A stretch of DNA of 64,000 nt from an uncultured delta proteobacterium (GTDB taxonomy: Bacteria > Myxococcota_A > Polyangia > Fen-1088), in assembly GCA_963796685.1 (NCBI GenBank), contig CAWCMR010000025.1:1856001-1920000 (forward strand), written 5' to 3'. A model generated the notes under the pieces. That model saw nothing but the letters and a program-made list of their open reading frames with translations, ran no database searches and was not told the DNA's origin. The translations under genes and the position numbers were made by a program. The stretch's first letter is position 1. Each line of letters starts with the position of its first letter. Below, piece after piece: positions 26,388 to 36,060 of the stretch.

Positions 26388-26954
26388 ATGGCTGGGAAGA
26401 ATCACGCGCCCGAGCTTTCCGTGATCGTGGCCGTGCGCGATGTCGAGGACTCGATCGGCCGCGACGTGCGCGGTCTGGCGGCGCACCTGCGCGAGCGCGG
26501 GTTTGCTTTCGAGATCCTGGCGGTCAGCGACGGTTCTTGCGACACCAGCCTGACCTTGCTGCGCCTTCTGTGCGCGGAGATTCCCGAATTGTCCGTGCTC
26601 GGCCTCGCGCGCAGCGGACGCGCCTTTCGCCGCGCTGTCGCGCATGCACGGGGTGACGCCGTGCTGCTCTGGGAAGCCGATCGCGACGTGGCCTTTCCGC
26701 ATGCGGTGCTCGGCTGGGCTCGCGCTCGACTGGCGAAGAAGGCCGGTGTCGTCGTGCGTGGTCGTTTCGTCTTGGCCAACCGCATGTCCGCGCTTCCCGT
26801 CCTGCTCGCGACCAGCGGGCGCTGGGATGACTACGAGGCGCGTTTCGAGCGCCAGGCCGCCGAGATGGGGCTGGATCTCGAAATCGTGGGTCAGCGGCCC
26901 CGGCGAAGAAGTCGTCGGCTTTGGGCGCCGGTTCTGCGCATCCTGTCGGTGTGA
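26388..26954 (+). CDS. glycosyltransferase family 2-like protein (degenerate)
   Basis: ELSVIVAVRD.E, FEILAVSDGSCD.S. Confidence 0.7.
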   Translation: MAGKNHAPELSVIVAVRDVEDSIGRDVRGLAAHLRERGFAFEILAVSDGSCDTSLTLLRLLCAEIPELSVLGLARSGRAFRRAVAHARGDAVLLWEADRDVAFPHAVLGWARARLAKKAGVVVRGRFVLANRMSALPVLLATSGRWDDYEARFERQAAEMGLDLEIVGQRPRRRSRRLWAPVLRILSV

Positions 26955-26987
26955 TAGCGGACAAACCCTGCTAGATTTGGTTCCACA

Positions 26988-28025
26988 ATGTCCATCGCTA
27001 TCGCCATCTTGGGTCTTGCCCTTCTCATCGTGCTGCACGAGTCGGGGCACTTTCTTGCCGCGCGCCTGTGTGGCATGCGCGTCGAACGCTTCTCCATCGG
27101 CTTCGGCAATGCCTTGGTCTCCTTCAAGCGTGGCGACACGATCTACCAGATCGCGCCCATTCCCTTGGGCGGCTTCGTGCAGGTCACGGGCATGAACCCG
27201 CAAGAGGACTTCGACCACGACGATCCGTACGTCTACCCCAACCGGCCGCGTTGGATGCGCTTTCTCGTGCTGGTTGCCGGGCCCGCGGCCAATTACCTGA
27301 CCGCCATCGTGATCGGCTTCGTCGTGCTTTTGGCGTACGGACAATACACGGGCACCACCACGGTGGACGAGATCGTGCCGGGCAGCGCCGCGCAGGCGGT
27401 GGGCCTTCAGCCGGGTGACGTGGTGGCCGGCGTGGGCGGCAAGGATGTGACCAATCCCGCCGACGTGACCCATGTGGTGCGCTCGTCGGACGGTGCCGCC
27501 ATCGAGCTGAAGATCGTGCGCAAGGGCTCGCCGGTCATCATGCAGATCACGCCGCGCAAGGATTCGGCGAGCGGGGTCTACATGATTGGCGTGCGCTTCG
27601 GCCAAACGCGCGCGCGTGGCCCCTTCCTCGATGCCGTCAAGGAAGCGGTGGTCATGCCCATCGCGCTTTCGGGGGTGCTGCTCAAGAACATCTGGGATCT
27701 CATCACGCGCAAGATCCAAGGCGGACTGACCGGGCCGCTCGGCATCGCGAAGGAGATGGCTGGCGCGGCCAGGCAAGGCCTGCTCAAGTTCTTGGAGATC
27801 CTCATCCTGATCTCGGTCGCGCTCGGGGTGTTCAATCTGCTGCCGCTGCCCGGGCTCGACGGCGGCCGCATCTTCTTCGTGGGCATCAACGCCATCCGTC
27901 GCCGGGACATGAATCCGAACATCGAGACCAAGATTCACATGGTCGGGATCATGGTCCTGCTCATGCTGCTGGTCGTGGTAACCTTCAACGACATCAAGGG
28001 CATCTTCTTCAAGAAGATGGGGTAG
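26988..28025 (+). CDS. rseP: RseP-like M50 intramembrane zinc metalloprotease with PDZ
   Basis: HESGH, FSIGFG, PLGGFV, AGPAAN, PDZ, NLLPLPGLDGG. Confidence 0.93.
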   Translation: MSIAIAILGLALLIVLHESGHFLAARLCGMRVERFSIGFGNALVSFKRGDTIYQIAPIPLGGFVQVTGMNPQEDFDHDDPYVYPNRPRWMRFLVLVAGPAANYLTAIVIGFVVLLAYGQYTGTTTVDEIVPGSAAQAVGLQPGDVVAGVGGKDVTNPADVTHVVRSSDGAAIELKIVRKGSPVIMQITPRKDSASGVYMIGVRFGQTRARGPFLDAVKEAVVMPIALSGVLLKNIWDLITRKIQGGLTGPLGIAKEMAGAARQGLLKFLEILILISVALGVFNLLPLPGLDGGRIFFVGINAIRRRDMNPNIETKIHMVGIMVLLMLLVVVTFNDIKGIFFKKMG

Positions 28026-28029
28026 CGTC

Positions 28030-28950
28030 TTGCCGAAGGCACCCAGCCGGATCCACCGGGGACTGGTTGGCGAGCGCGCCTTGGTCGGCGAGCCGTATCT
28101 GGCCGACGCGGGGCTGCGGCGCGAGTACGCCAGCGAGATTGCGCCTCGCACGGTTGCGGCGCTGGAATCGATCCTTTCCGGGGTGGTCCTGCCCGTGCCG
28201 CGCCGGGTGCTCGATTTCGGGGCCGGCACCGGCGCCACCAGCGAGGTCGTTCGCGCACGCTGGCCCGACGCCGAGATCGTGGCCGTGGACAAGGTCGCCG
28301 GTCCCGGCATCGTGCGCGCCGATGTCACCCGAGCGTTGCGGCCACCCACGGTGCAGGGCCGCTTCGATCTCATCGTGGCCGCGCACCTGCTCAACGAGCT
28401 GGCGCTCGACCCGGACGGTCGCGCACGTCTGGTGCTGGGCTGGTGCCGCGAGCTCCTGGAAGAGAGCGGTACCTGCGTCCTCGTCGAACCCGCGCTGCGC
28501 GAAACCTCTCGCGCGCTGCTGGCCGTGCGCGACCGTTTGCTCGCGGCCGGACTCTTCGTGGCGGCGCCATGCCTGTTTCAGGGTCCGTGTCCCGCGCTGA
28601 CTCGCGAACGGGATTTCTGTCACGCCAGCGCCGGTGTCATCGCGCAGGGGCGCTCGCGCGTGGACTTCAGCTACCTCGTGCTGCACAGGCAAGGCACCCC
28701 GTGCGCGGATCTTTCGCGCTTCCGCATCGTGAGCGATCCCATGAAGGACAAGGGGCGCTTGCGTTTCCACGCCTGCGGTCCGTCCGGGCGTTTGCTCGTC
28801 ACGCGCCTCGACCGTGATCGCTCGCCCACGAACCAGCGGTTCGACCGGATCGAGCGCGGCCACGTCGTCGAGATTCGCGGCGCGAGGAGCCAGGCCGACG
28901 GGCTTCGTTGCGGGCGTGACAGCGAGATCGCTTGCGTGTGGCCAGCTTAG
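28030..28950 (+). CDS. Rsm22-like SAM-dependent methyltransferase
   Basis: VLDFGAGTG, LNEL, VEPA.RE, APC....CP, FSYLVL. Confidence 0.82.
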   Translation: MPKAPSRIHRGLVGERALVGEPYLADAGLRREYASEIAPRTVAALESILSGVVLPVPRRVLDFGAGTGATSEVVRARWPDAEIVAVDKVAGPGIVRADVTRALRPPTVQGRFDLIVAAHLLNELALDPDGRARLVLGWCRELLEESGTCVLVEPALRETSRALLAVRDRLLAAGLFVAAPCLFQGPCPALTRERDFCHASAGVIAQGRSRVDFSYLVLHRQGTPCADLSRFRIVSDPMKDKGRLRFHACGPSGRLLVTRLDRDRSPTNQRFDRIERGHVVEIRGARSQADGLRCGRDSEIACVWPA

Positions 28951-29067
28951 TCGCGTTGGCGAAGGAGGGCTATGCCCGCCGGAGCCAGAGCGCGGGAAGG
29001 CATGGAAACCCTCTCAGTACCGCCGCCGGGGCGAAGGCCCGGATCCTTCGGTCATGAAACGTGGCAG

Positions 29068-29133
29068 CCCCTCACCCGCCTCGCTGCGCTCGGCGACCTC
29101 TCCCCGCTTCGCTCCGCTACGCGGGGCGAGGTG
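29068..29133 (+). repeat. REP-like palindromic repeat
   Basis: CCCCTCACCCG...GACCTCTCCCCGC...GCGGGGCGAGGTG shared with about 4537, 12376 and 39679. Confidence 0.8.
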
Positions 29134-29260
29134 TTTCAGGTCAGGGGTTCCATATCAGCGTCGGGGCCGGCATTGCCTGCGCACGTTCGTCCTGGCGGCC
29201 GCGAAGATGTATTGACGGTCCTTTCGACGCGTGAGCCCTTACTGTCTCTAGGGGGACATC

Positions 29261-30442
29261 ATGAGGACACGTCCATCGTTCTGTTCACTCGCGTCACTGC
29301 TGCTCTTCGCCCTACCGGCCGCATGCAGTAACTCGAAAGGGACCGGCCAGGGGACTGGTGGTGCTCCGGGAAACGGCGGCATCAACGACGGCAAGGGTGG
29401 GACCACGTCGAGCGGCGGCGCGGTCGGCAGCGGCGGCACGACGGCGAGTACCGGCGGTGGCTCTCCTGGGTCGGGCGGCGTGCTTGAAAGCGGTGGAACA
29501 ACGTCGAGCGGCGGCGTGGCGGGCGGCGGCTCGACGGCCTCCGGCGGCGCGACGGGCAGGGGTGGCGCGACGGGGGCCGGCGGCGCGATCACCGACGCAG
29601 GGCCGGCCGTGAGCAGCACGGGCTGTGGCGCGGCCTTGCCGGCAGCCTGCAACAACACGACGACGGGACCCTGCACCCTCGACGTCAACGGCAAAACCCG
29701 GCAGTACTTCGTGGTTCTGCCCACCGGCTATGACAACAGCAAGCCGGCGCCGGTCGTGTTCACCTACCACGGCCGGGGTGGCACGGCATCCTCGCTGCTG
29801 CCGACCGGATCGCCGTATGGCGGCGGCTACGCGCTTTATGGCGTTCAGCCCGGACTACCGAACGCGATCTACGTCGTCCCCCAGGGGCTCGATTCCGGAT
29901 CGGACTCCGGCACGGACTACGGTTGGCCCAACACCGGCGGCCAGGACATCAACTTCGTCAAGGCCATGATCGCCTGGTTGGAAACCAGTCTGTGTGTCGA
30001 CAAGGCCCGCTACTTCTCCGACGGCATGAGCTACGGCGGCATGATGTCCGAGACCATCGCGTGCCAGATGCCCGACGTCTTCCGCGCCATCGGCTCGATG
30101 TCCGGCAGCCTGTTCGGCAGCACCCGCTCGTGCGTCGCCAAGCCCATCGCGGCATGGATTACCCACGGGGATGCGGACACCACGGTCCCGATCTCGGGGG
30201 ACCAGACCGCACGCGACCTGATCGTCGCCGATAACGGCTGCGATGCGACGAACACGGGGACGATGGATCTCGTCGACACGGCCCGCATCGGCGATGCTTC
30301 AGCGACCAACGTGACCTGCACCGTGTACAACCAGTGTACGGCGGGCAACTACCCGGTAATCTGGTGTCCGGTCGCTGGTGAGGGTCACGCCATTCCCAGC
30401 TTCGCCGGCTCCGAGATCGCCAAGTTTTTCGCGCAGTTCTAG
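29261..30442 (+). CDS. lipoprotein alpha/beta hydrolase (CE1/LpqC-like esterase) with Gly-rich linker
   Basis: lipobox; R.Y.V.LP..YD, YHG.GG, GMSYGG nucleophile, HG.AD..VP, GEGH. Confidence 0.85.
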   Translation: MRTRPSFCSLASLLLFALPAACSNSKGTGQGTGGAPGNGGINDGKGGTTSSGGAVGSGGTTASTGGGSPGSGGVLESGGTTSSGGVAGGGSTASGGATGRGGATGAGGAITDAGPAVSSTGCGAALPAACNNTTTGPCTLDVNGKTRQYFVVLPTGYDNSKPAPVVFTYHGRGGTASSLLPTGSPYGGGYALYGVQPGLPNAIYVVPQGLDSGSDSGTDYGWPNTGGQDINFVKAMIAWLETSLCVDKARYFSDGMSYGGMMSETIACQMPDVFRAIGSMSGSLFGSTRSCVAKPIAAWITHGDADTTVPISGDQTARDLIVADNGCDATNTGTMDLVDTARIGDASATNVTCTVYNQCTAGNYPVIWCPVAGEGHAIPSFAGSEIAKFFAQF

Positions 30443-30604
30443 GAGGCTGGTGTTACATGGCGGACCGAGCTCTGGCGGAGCGAGGAGCCCCGACCGCGAG
30501 GCGCGAGGAGGGCGAATACTGGACGTATTCAACCGACGAGCAACGAAGCGGGCGGGGCCCGCAGCCCGCCAAGCGACGGGAGCCGTTTGACACCAGCCTC
30601 CTAG
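30439..30604. mobile_element. MITE with 15-bp terminal inverted repeats
   Basis: CTAGGAGGCTGGTGT ... ACACCAGCCTCCTAG; first CTAG overlaps a TAG stop. Confidence 0.8.
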
Positions 30605-30683
30605 TCTCGCACCGATTACCCGAGCGACATGTCGGTCTCGTCCGGCCTCGGTGGACCGGGCATGGTACGATGGCGAGCCCGCA

Positions 30684-30950
30684 ATGGAGCTCTTCGAATT
30701 GGTCGGCTACTTCGCCGCGACCGCGACGACGGTCTCGTTCATCCCTCAGGCAATCAAGGTCATGAGAACGCGTGACACCCAGAGCATCTCGCTTTGGATG
30801 TATGTCCTCTTCTCGTTCGGGGTGACCATGTGGCTGGTGTACGGGATCTTGCTCAACGCGCGCCCGATCATCCTCGCCAACTCCATCACCCTCCTCTTTG
30901 CCGTCGTCATTCTGCTCTACAAATTGGCGGAGAAGAAACCCGCTGAGTGA
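30684..30950 (+). CDS. SemiSWEET (PQ-loop) transporter
   Basis: TT.SFIPQ..K..RTRDT..IS..MY, WLVYG, PIILAN. Confidence 0.92.
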   Translation: MELFELVGYFAATATTVSFIPQAIKVMRTRDTQSISLWMYVLFSFGVTMWLVYGILLNARPIILANSITLLFAVVILLYKLAEKKPAE

Positions 30951-30996
30951 CGCCAGCCGCGTCTTGGAACGCGGACCTGCGGCTCTTCGATGGCCG

Positions 30997-32108
30997 CTAG
31001 ATTTGCGTCTTGAGCGCGCGGCGTGCGGCACGACGCTCGACGGCCAGGTCGATGAGGCGACTGACCAGCATTTGGATGGGAACGCCCGAGGCTTCCCACA
31101 TCTTGGGATACATGGAGATGGCGGTGAAACCGGGAATGGTGTTGACCTCGTTGACGAAAAAGTCACCGCTGTCCTTGTCGAGGAAGAAATCCACGCGCGA
31201 CATGCCCGCGAGCTCCAAGGCCCGGAACGTTTCGACAGCCAGGGCGCGCACCCGTGCCAGGGCGTCGGGCGGAAGGTCGGCCGGGATCTTGGCGTCCGCG
31301 CCGTCGACGTCGACGTACTTCGCGTCGTAGGAATAGAAGCCGTCCTTGTGGTGCACGACGATCTCGGCGGGCATGGAGGCCACGGGCTCGTCGTTGCCGA
31401 GCACGGCGCACTCAATCTCGCGCGCGTTCACCGCGGCCTCGACCAGCACCTTGGTGTCGAAGGCCAAGGCCGCGCGCAAGGCAGGCTCGAGCCGGCGGCG
31501 CGCTTGACCTTGCTGACGCCTACCGATGAGCCGGCATTGGCGGGCTTCACGAAGGCGGGGAAACCCAGCTCGCCTGCCAGGGCCAGGCAGCGGGCGGCAT
31601 CCTGCTTCATGGCGTGGGCGGTGACCACGCGCCAGGGCACCACGGGAATTCCGGCCTGCTCGAGCAGGCGCTTGGACACGTCCTTGTCCATGCCGATGGC
31701 CGAGCCTAGGGGGCCCGGCCCGACGTAGGCGATGTCGGCCAGCTCCAGCAGCCCCTGCACCGTTCCGTCTTCGCCGTAGGTGCCGTGCAGAACCGGAAAG
31801 ACCACGTCGTCGCTGGCCAGGAGTGGCCGCGCATCGCCAGCCTTCTCCATGGTCTTGTCTTCCGGGTGCACGGGCACGGTCACCTCGCGTCCCGCCGCCG
31901 TCAACTTGAGCATGCGCGGGTCGCCCGCGGCCTCGAGCAGGGTCTTTTCGGGTTCGATGCGCCAGTGCCCATGCTTGTCGATGCCGACCAGCATGGGCTC
32001 GAAGCGGCTACGGTCGAGGGCCAGAAAGACGTTGCGCGCCGAGAGCAGGGAGACCTCGTGCTCCGCCGAGCGGCCGCCGAAAAGAATGATCACGCGTGTT
32101 CTTTTCAC
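30997..32108 (-). CDS. ddl: D-alanine--D-alanine ligase (1-bp frameshift near 31492)
   Basis: FGGRSAEHEVS, HGTYGEDG, KPANAGSSVGV | REIECAVLGN, RVDFF, NEVNTIPGFT. Confidence 0.93.
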
Positions 32109-32127
32109 GTTTGCTTCCTTTGTGTGC

Positions 32128-34227
32128 TCATCGCCCTTCGCCTGCTGTCGCCGAAATTCCGAGCTCTTCGAACAGGAACGAAAGCTCGTCGGTGTACTGC
32201 TCCACGATCTTGGCCATGGGCTTGCCCACGCCATGCCCGGCCTTGCCCTCGATGCGCAGGAGGATGGGCGCCTTGCCCGAGGTGGCGGCCTGCAGGCGCG
32301 CGGCGAATTTGCGCGCGTGCATGGGATCCACGCGGGTGTCGGATTCGGCCGAAAAGATCAGGGTCGCGGGATAGGCGGTCCCATCCTTCACGTGGTGATA
32401 GGGGGAATAGGCATAGAGGAAGGGAAACTGCTCCGGGTTTTCGGCCGAGCCGTACTCGGGGATCCACAAGCGCGCGATCTGCAGCAGGTGGTAGCGAACC
32501 ATGTCGGTAAGCGGCACGCCGCACACGGCGGCCTTGAACAGATCCGGATGCTGGACGATGGTCGCCGCCACCAGCAGGCCACCGTTGGAACGGCCCGAGA
32601 TGGCCAGGCGACTGGAGGAGGTGATCTTCTCGCGAATCAGGTACTCGGCGGCGGCGGCGAAATCGTCGAAGACGTTTTGCTTGCGTTCCAGCATGCCGGC
32701 CCGGTGCCAGGCCTCGCCGTACTCGCCCCCACCGCGCAGGTTGGCCACCGCGTACACGCCGCCACGTTCGATGAACGGCCCCACCCACGCGGCGAACCCC
32801 GGGGTCAGGCTTACGTTGAAGCCGCCATAGCCATAAAGCAGCGTCGGGTTGTTTCCGTCGTGCGCGAGGTTCTTCTTGTGCACGAGGAACATGGGCACGC
32901 GCGTCCCGTCCTTCGACGGGTAGCGCACCTGCTCGACGGTGAAGGGGGTGGTGTCGATGGGCGCGGTCAGCTCCTGCCACAGGTCAGTTTTGCCCGTGCT
33001 CACATCGTGGCGCAGCACCTTGGTCGGGGTCAGGAACGAGGTGAAGGGAAGGTAGACCTCGCGCCGATCGTGACGGGCATGGATGGACGAAACCGAGCCC
33101 AGCCCGGGCAGCGCGATGTCGCGCAAGAGCTTGCCCCCGTTTGAGAAGACGCGCACGCGTGAGGACGCGTCCTGGAGGTAGAGCGCGACCAGCTTGCCGC
33201 CAGCGGCGGCCACGGATTCCAGGATGTCCTCGCCCTCGGGAATCACCAGTTTCCAGTGCTCGCGCTCGGGCTTTCGCGGATCGATCTGCCACAGCTGGTA
33301 GCGAGGCGCGCCTTCGTTGGCGACGACCAGCAGCCGGTCGTCGAGCACCTCGACCAGGTTGAAGATGGCGCTCCTGCCCGTGACCACCGGAATCGGCCCC
33401 TCGTGCGTGCGCGTGTCGAACAGGAAGATCTCGCTGTTGCTCCACCCCTCCGAAACTTCCACGGCCAGCCAGCGCCCGTCGGGCGACAGGTCCAGGTTCG
33501 GCCACGACGAAAAGCCGAGCCCTTCGCCGAAGATCCTCGGATCCGCGGCGGGATCGGTACCGAGGCGGTGCAGGTAGACCTGCCGATGGTAGTGCTCTTC
33601 GCCCGCCGGCACCGAGCCCGGCGTCGGGTAGCGTGTGTAGTAAAACCCGTCGCCCGCGGGCAGCCAGGCTAGCGAGCAGGCGCGCGCATAGGGGATGGTG
33701 TCTTCGCGGTCGCGGCCGGTGAGGACGTCGCGCACGCGCAGGGTCGAATTCTCGTCGCCGCTCGATGAAACGCCGTAGGCGAGCAGCGCGCCGTCTTCCG
33801 ACGGGTACCACCAGTCGAGGGACTGGGTTCCGTCGGCGGCAAGTTGGTTCACGTCGAGAAGGACGCGATCCTTGCCGCGCGTGCCCTCGCGCACGTAGAG
33901 CACGGGCTGGTTCTGCTTGCCTGCGCGCCGGGTGTGGAAGAGCCGCACCGTCTTGCCCTTGCCGCGTACCTCGGGTGCGCCCAGGCTGCCGGTTTCCTGC
34001 CAGCGCCACAGTCGCTCTTCCAGCCACGTGCGGCCTGGCACGGCGTCCAGGCGCTCACGCATGCGTCGATTCTGCTCTGCGGTCCAGGCCTTGACCTCGG
34101 CCGACTCGCCGTTTTCCAGCCAGCGATAGGGATCGCGCACCGCCACCCCGTGGATATTCTCGACCACGTTCTCGGTGCGCGTCGGTGCGGCAGCGACAAG
34201 CAGGGTGAAAGCCATGATGGTAAGCAA
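32128..34227 (-). CDS. prolyl oligopeptidase (S9A)
   Basis: DPYRWLE, YGYGGF, RGGGEYG, GRSNGG, DTRV, AGHG. Confidence 0.95.
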   Translation of the reverse strand: MLTIMAFTLLVAAAPTRTENVVENIHGVAVRDPYRWLENGESAEVKAWTAEQNRRMRERLDAVPGRTWLEERLWRWQETGSLGAPEVRGKGKTVRLFHTRRAGKQNQPVLYVREGTRGKDRVLLDVNQLAADGTQSLDWWYPSEDGALLAYGVSSSGDENSTLRVRDVLTGRDREDTIPYARACSLAWLPAGDGFYYTRYPTPGSVPAGEEHYHRQVYLHRLGTDPAADPRIFGEGLGFSSWPNLDLSPDGRWLAVEVSEGWSNSEIFLFDTRTHEGPIPVVTGRSAIFNLVEVLDDRLLVVANEGAPRYQLWQIDPRKPEREHWKLVIPEGEDILESVAAAGGKLVALYLQDASSRVRVFSNGGKLLRDIALPGLGSVSSIHARHDRREVYLPFTSFLTPTKVLRHDVSTGKTDLWQELTAPIDTTPFTVEQVRYPSKDGTRVPMFLVHKKNLAHDGNNPTLLYGYGGFNVSLTPGFAAWVGPFIERGGVYAVANLRGGGEYGEAWHRAGMLERKQNVFDDFAAAAEYLIREKITSSSRLAISGRSNGGLLVAATIVQHPDLFKAAVCGVPLTDMVRYHLLQIARLWIPEYGSAENPEQFPFLYAYSPYHHVKDGTAYPATLIFSAESDTRVDPMHARKFAARLQAATSGKAPILLRIEGKAGHGVGKPMAKIVEQYTDELSFLFEELGISATAGEGR

Positions 34228-34233
34228 TTCCTA

Positions 34234-35595
34234 TCACGCCCTCCCGGCCATGAGACGTTTTACGATGGGCGTGAGCGCCAGCAGCGCCGTCCCCGCGACG
34301 AAGGTAGAGACCACGAACATCAGGAAGAAGTCGGCCTGCCCGCCGAGCAGGTGGAAGACCTGCCCCTTTTCGACCTCCTCGACCGCGCCGGCGATGAAGC
34401 CGGCCAGCAGATCCGAGATGAACATGGAGAAGAACCAGGCCCCCATGGCCAGGGAGGCGAAGCGCGCGGGCGCGAGCTTGGTGACCATGGACAGTCCTAT
34501 GGGCGACAGGCACAGCTCGCCGCAGGTGTGCAGCACGTAGGTGACGATGAGCCAAAGGGGGCTCACGCGAACGCCGGTGTCGGAGATGCGCGCGCCCACG
34601 ACCAGCACGATGAACCCCGAACCGAGGAGGAACAGGCCGAGGGCGAAGCGCACCGGCGTGCTCGGCGCGCGCCTGCGTGCCTCGAGGGTCGTCCACAACC
34701 AGGCAAAGACCGGCGCCAGCAGGATCACCGAGATCGAGTTCACCGATTGAAAGTAGGGCGCCAGAAGATTGAAGCCGAGGAACATGCGCCGGGTGCGCTC
34801 CTCGGCGAAGAAGGTCATGGACGATCCCGCCTGCTCGAAGGCCATCCAGAAGAAGATGTTGAAGAAGGCCAGCACGGCGATGGCGGCGATGCCCTTCTTC
34901 TCGAGGGCCGTGAGCGGCTCCTTGGCCGTGCTCGTCTGCTTGGTCTGATGGGCTCGCTTGGCGGGAACATCGCCGATGGTGCCGAGAAAGCGCCGCTTGA
35001 GCAGCAGGTACACAATCAAGCCGAGCACCATGCCGAAGCCGGCGGCGGAAAAACCGACGTGCCAGTTGAAGGCATCGGCCAGCTTGGGGCAGACGATCTG
35101 GCCCATCGACGCGCCCAGGTTGATGCCCATGTAGAAGATGGTGAAGGCGGCGTCGCGGCGGCGATCCTTTTCGCTGTAGAGCTGACCCACCATGGTCGAG
35201 ATGTTCGACTTGAAGAACCCCGTGCCGAGGATGATGAGCGCCAGCCCGAGGAAGAAGGTTGGCTTGGCGGGCACGGCCAGGCAGAAGTGGCCGGAAGCGA
35301 TGATGATGCCGCCGATGATGATCGAACGATGGGTGCCGATGAGGCGATCGGCCAGATAGCCGCCGAGCAGCGGCGTGAGATACACCAGGCCCTGGTACCA
35401 GCCATAGAGGTGGCTCGCCTGCTCCTTGCTCCAGCCGAAGCCGCCCGCGCTGCTGATGAGAAACAGGGTCAGGAAGGCGCGCATGCCGTAGAACGAAAAA
35501 CGCTCCCACATCTCGACGCTGAAAAGCAGGAACAGGCCGGGCGGCTGCTTGGCTTGGCCCGCGTCCGGGCTGGCTGGCGCCACGTCGTGGTTCAT
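34234..35595 (-). CDS. POT family peptide MFS transporter
   Basis: EMWERFSFYGM, FYMGINLG, GELCLSPIGLS. Confidence 0.95.
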   Translation of the reverse strand: MNHDVAPASPDAGQAKQPPGLFLLFSVEMWERFSFYGMRAFLTLFLISSAGGFGWSKEQASHLYGWYQGLVYLTPLLGGYLADRLIGTHRSIIIGGIIIASGHFCLAVPAKPTFFLGLALIILGTGFFKSNISTMVGQLYSEKDRRRDAAFTIFYMGINLGASMGQIVCPKLADAFNWHVGFSAAGFGMVLGLIVYLLLKRRFLGTIGDVPAKRAHQTKQTSTAKEPLTALEKKGIAAIAVLAFFNIFFWMAFEQAGSSMTFFAEERTRRMFLGFNLLAPYFQSVNSISVILLAPVFAWLWTTLEARRRAPSTPVRFALGLFLLGSGFIVLVVGARISDTGVRVSPLWLIVTYVLHTCGELCLSPIGLSMVTKLAPARFASLAMGAWFFSMFISDLLAGFIAGAVEEVEKGQVFHLLGGQADFFLMFVVSTFVAGTALLALTPIVKRLMAGRA

Positions 35596-35708
35596 CGCCT
35601 CGACTCTGCTCCCGTCATGCACGCTTGCCACCACGCCCTGGCCTTGGCGTGGAAGGGAGAATCGGCATCGTAAGCGTAAAGCAGGAGATTGATGTCGGGG
35701 ACAATCAT
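35592..35708 (-). pseudogene. truncated VapC toxin (38 aa N-terminus)
   Basis: MIVPDINLLLYA....PFH..A..WW, then stops at the transporter start. Confidence 0.8.
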
Positions 35709-35977
35709 CCACCCGCCCTGCGACGGCTCTTGGCAAGGATGCCATCCACCTCCAGGTCGTCGGCCAGCTTGTTGAGGCCGGTTGGAGCGATGCCGGGACG
35801 CAAGCTCATAGGGCGAGCCTCGATGACAAAGCGCGGGCGGCGGCTTGACGCCGGCTTGGTGCCAAGCCCCGAGCGGATGGCGTCGTTGAGCGTCTCCTTG
35901 AAGGACTTGTGGCGGCTGTGCATGGCGGTGCGCAGAAGCCGTTCCGCGTCCTTGTCCAAGGTTACCGTCGTTCGCAT
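35705..35977 (-). CDS. VapB-type antitoxin
   Basis: MRTTVTLD.D......SFKETLNDAIR.GL. Confidence 0.88.
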   Translation of the reverse strand: MRTTVTLDKDAERLLRTAMHSRHKSFKETLNDAIRSGLGTKPASSRRPRFVIEARPMSLRPGIAPTGLNKLADDLEVDGILAKSRRRAGG

Positions 35978-35979
35978 GG

Positions 35980-36011
35980 TGACAGCATGATGCGCGCAAG
36001 GATGCTGTCAA
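35980..36011 (-). promoter_or_regulatory. vapBC promoter/operator
   Basis: TTGACA-16-CATGCT, 6 nt before the ATG; inverted repeat TGACAGCAT/ATGCTGTCA. Confidence 0.65.
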
Positions 36012-36060
36012 GATGACAGCAGACGCTGGGCGCAGGATAGGTACCCGCGCGGCAGCCGCT

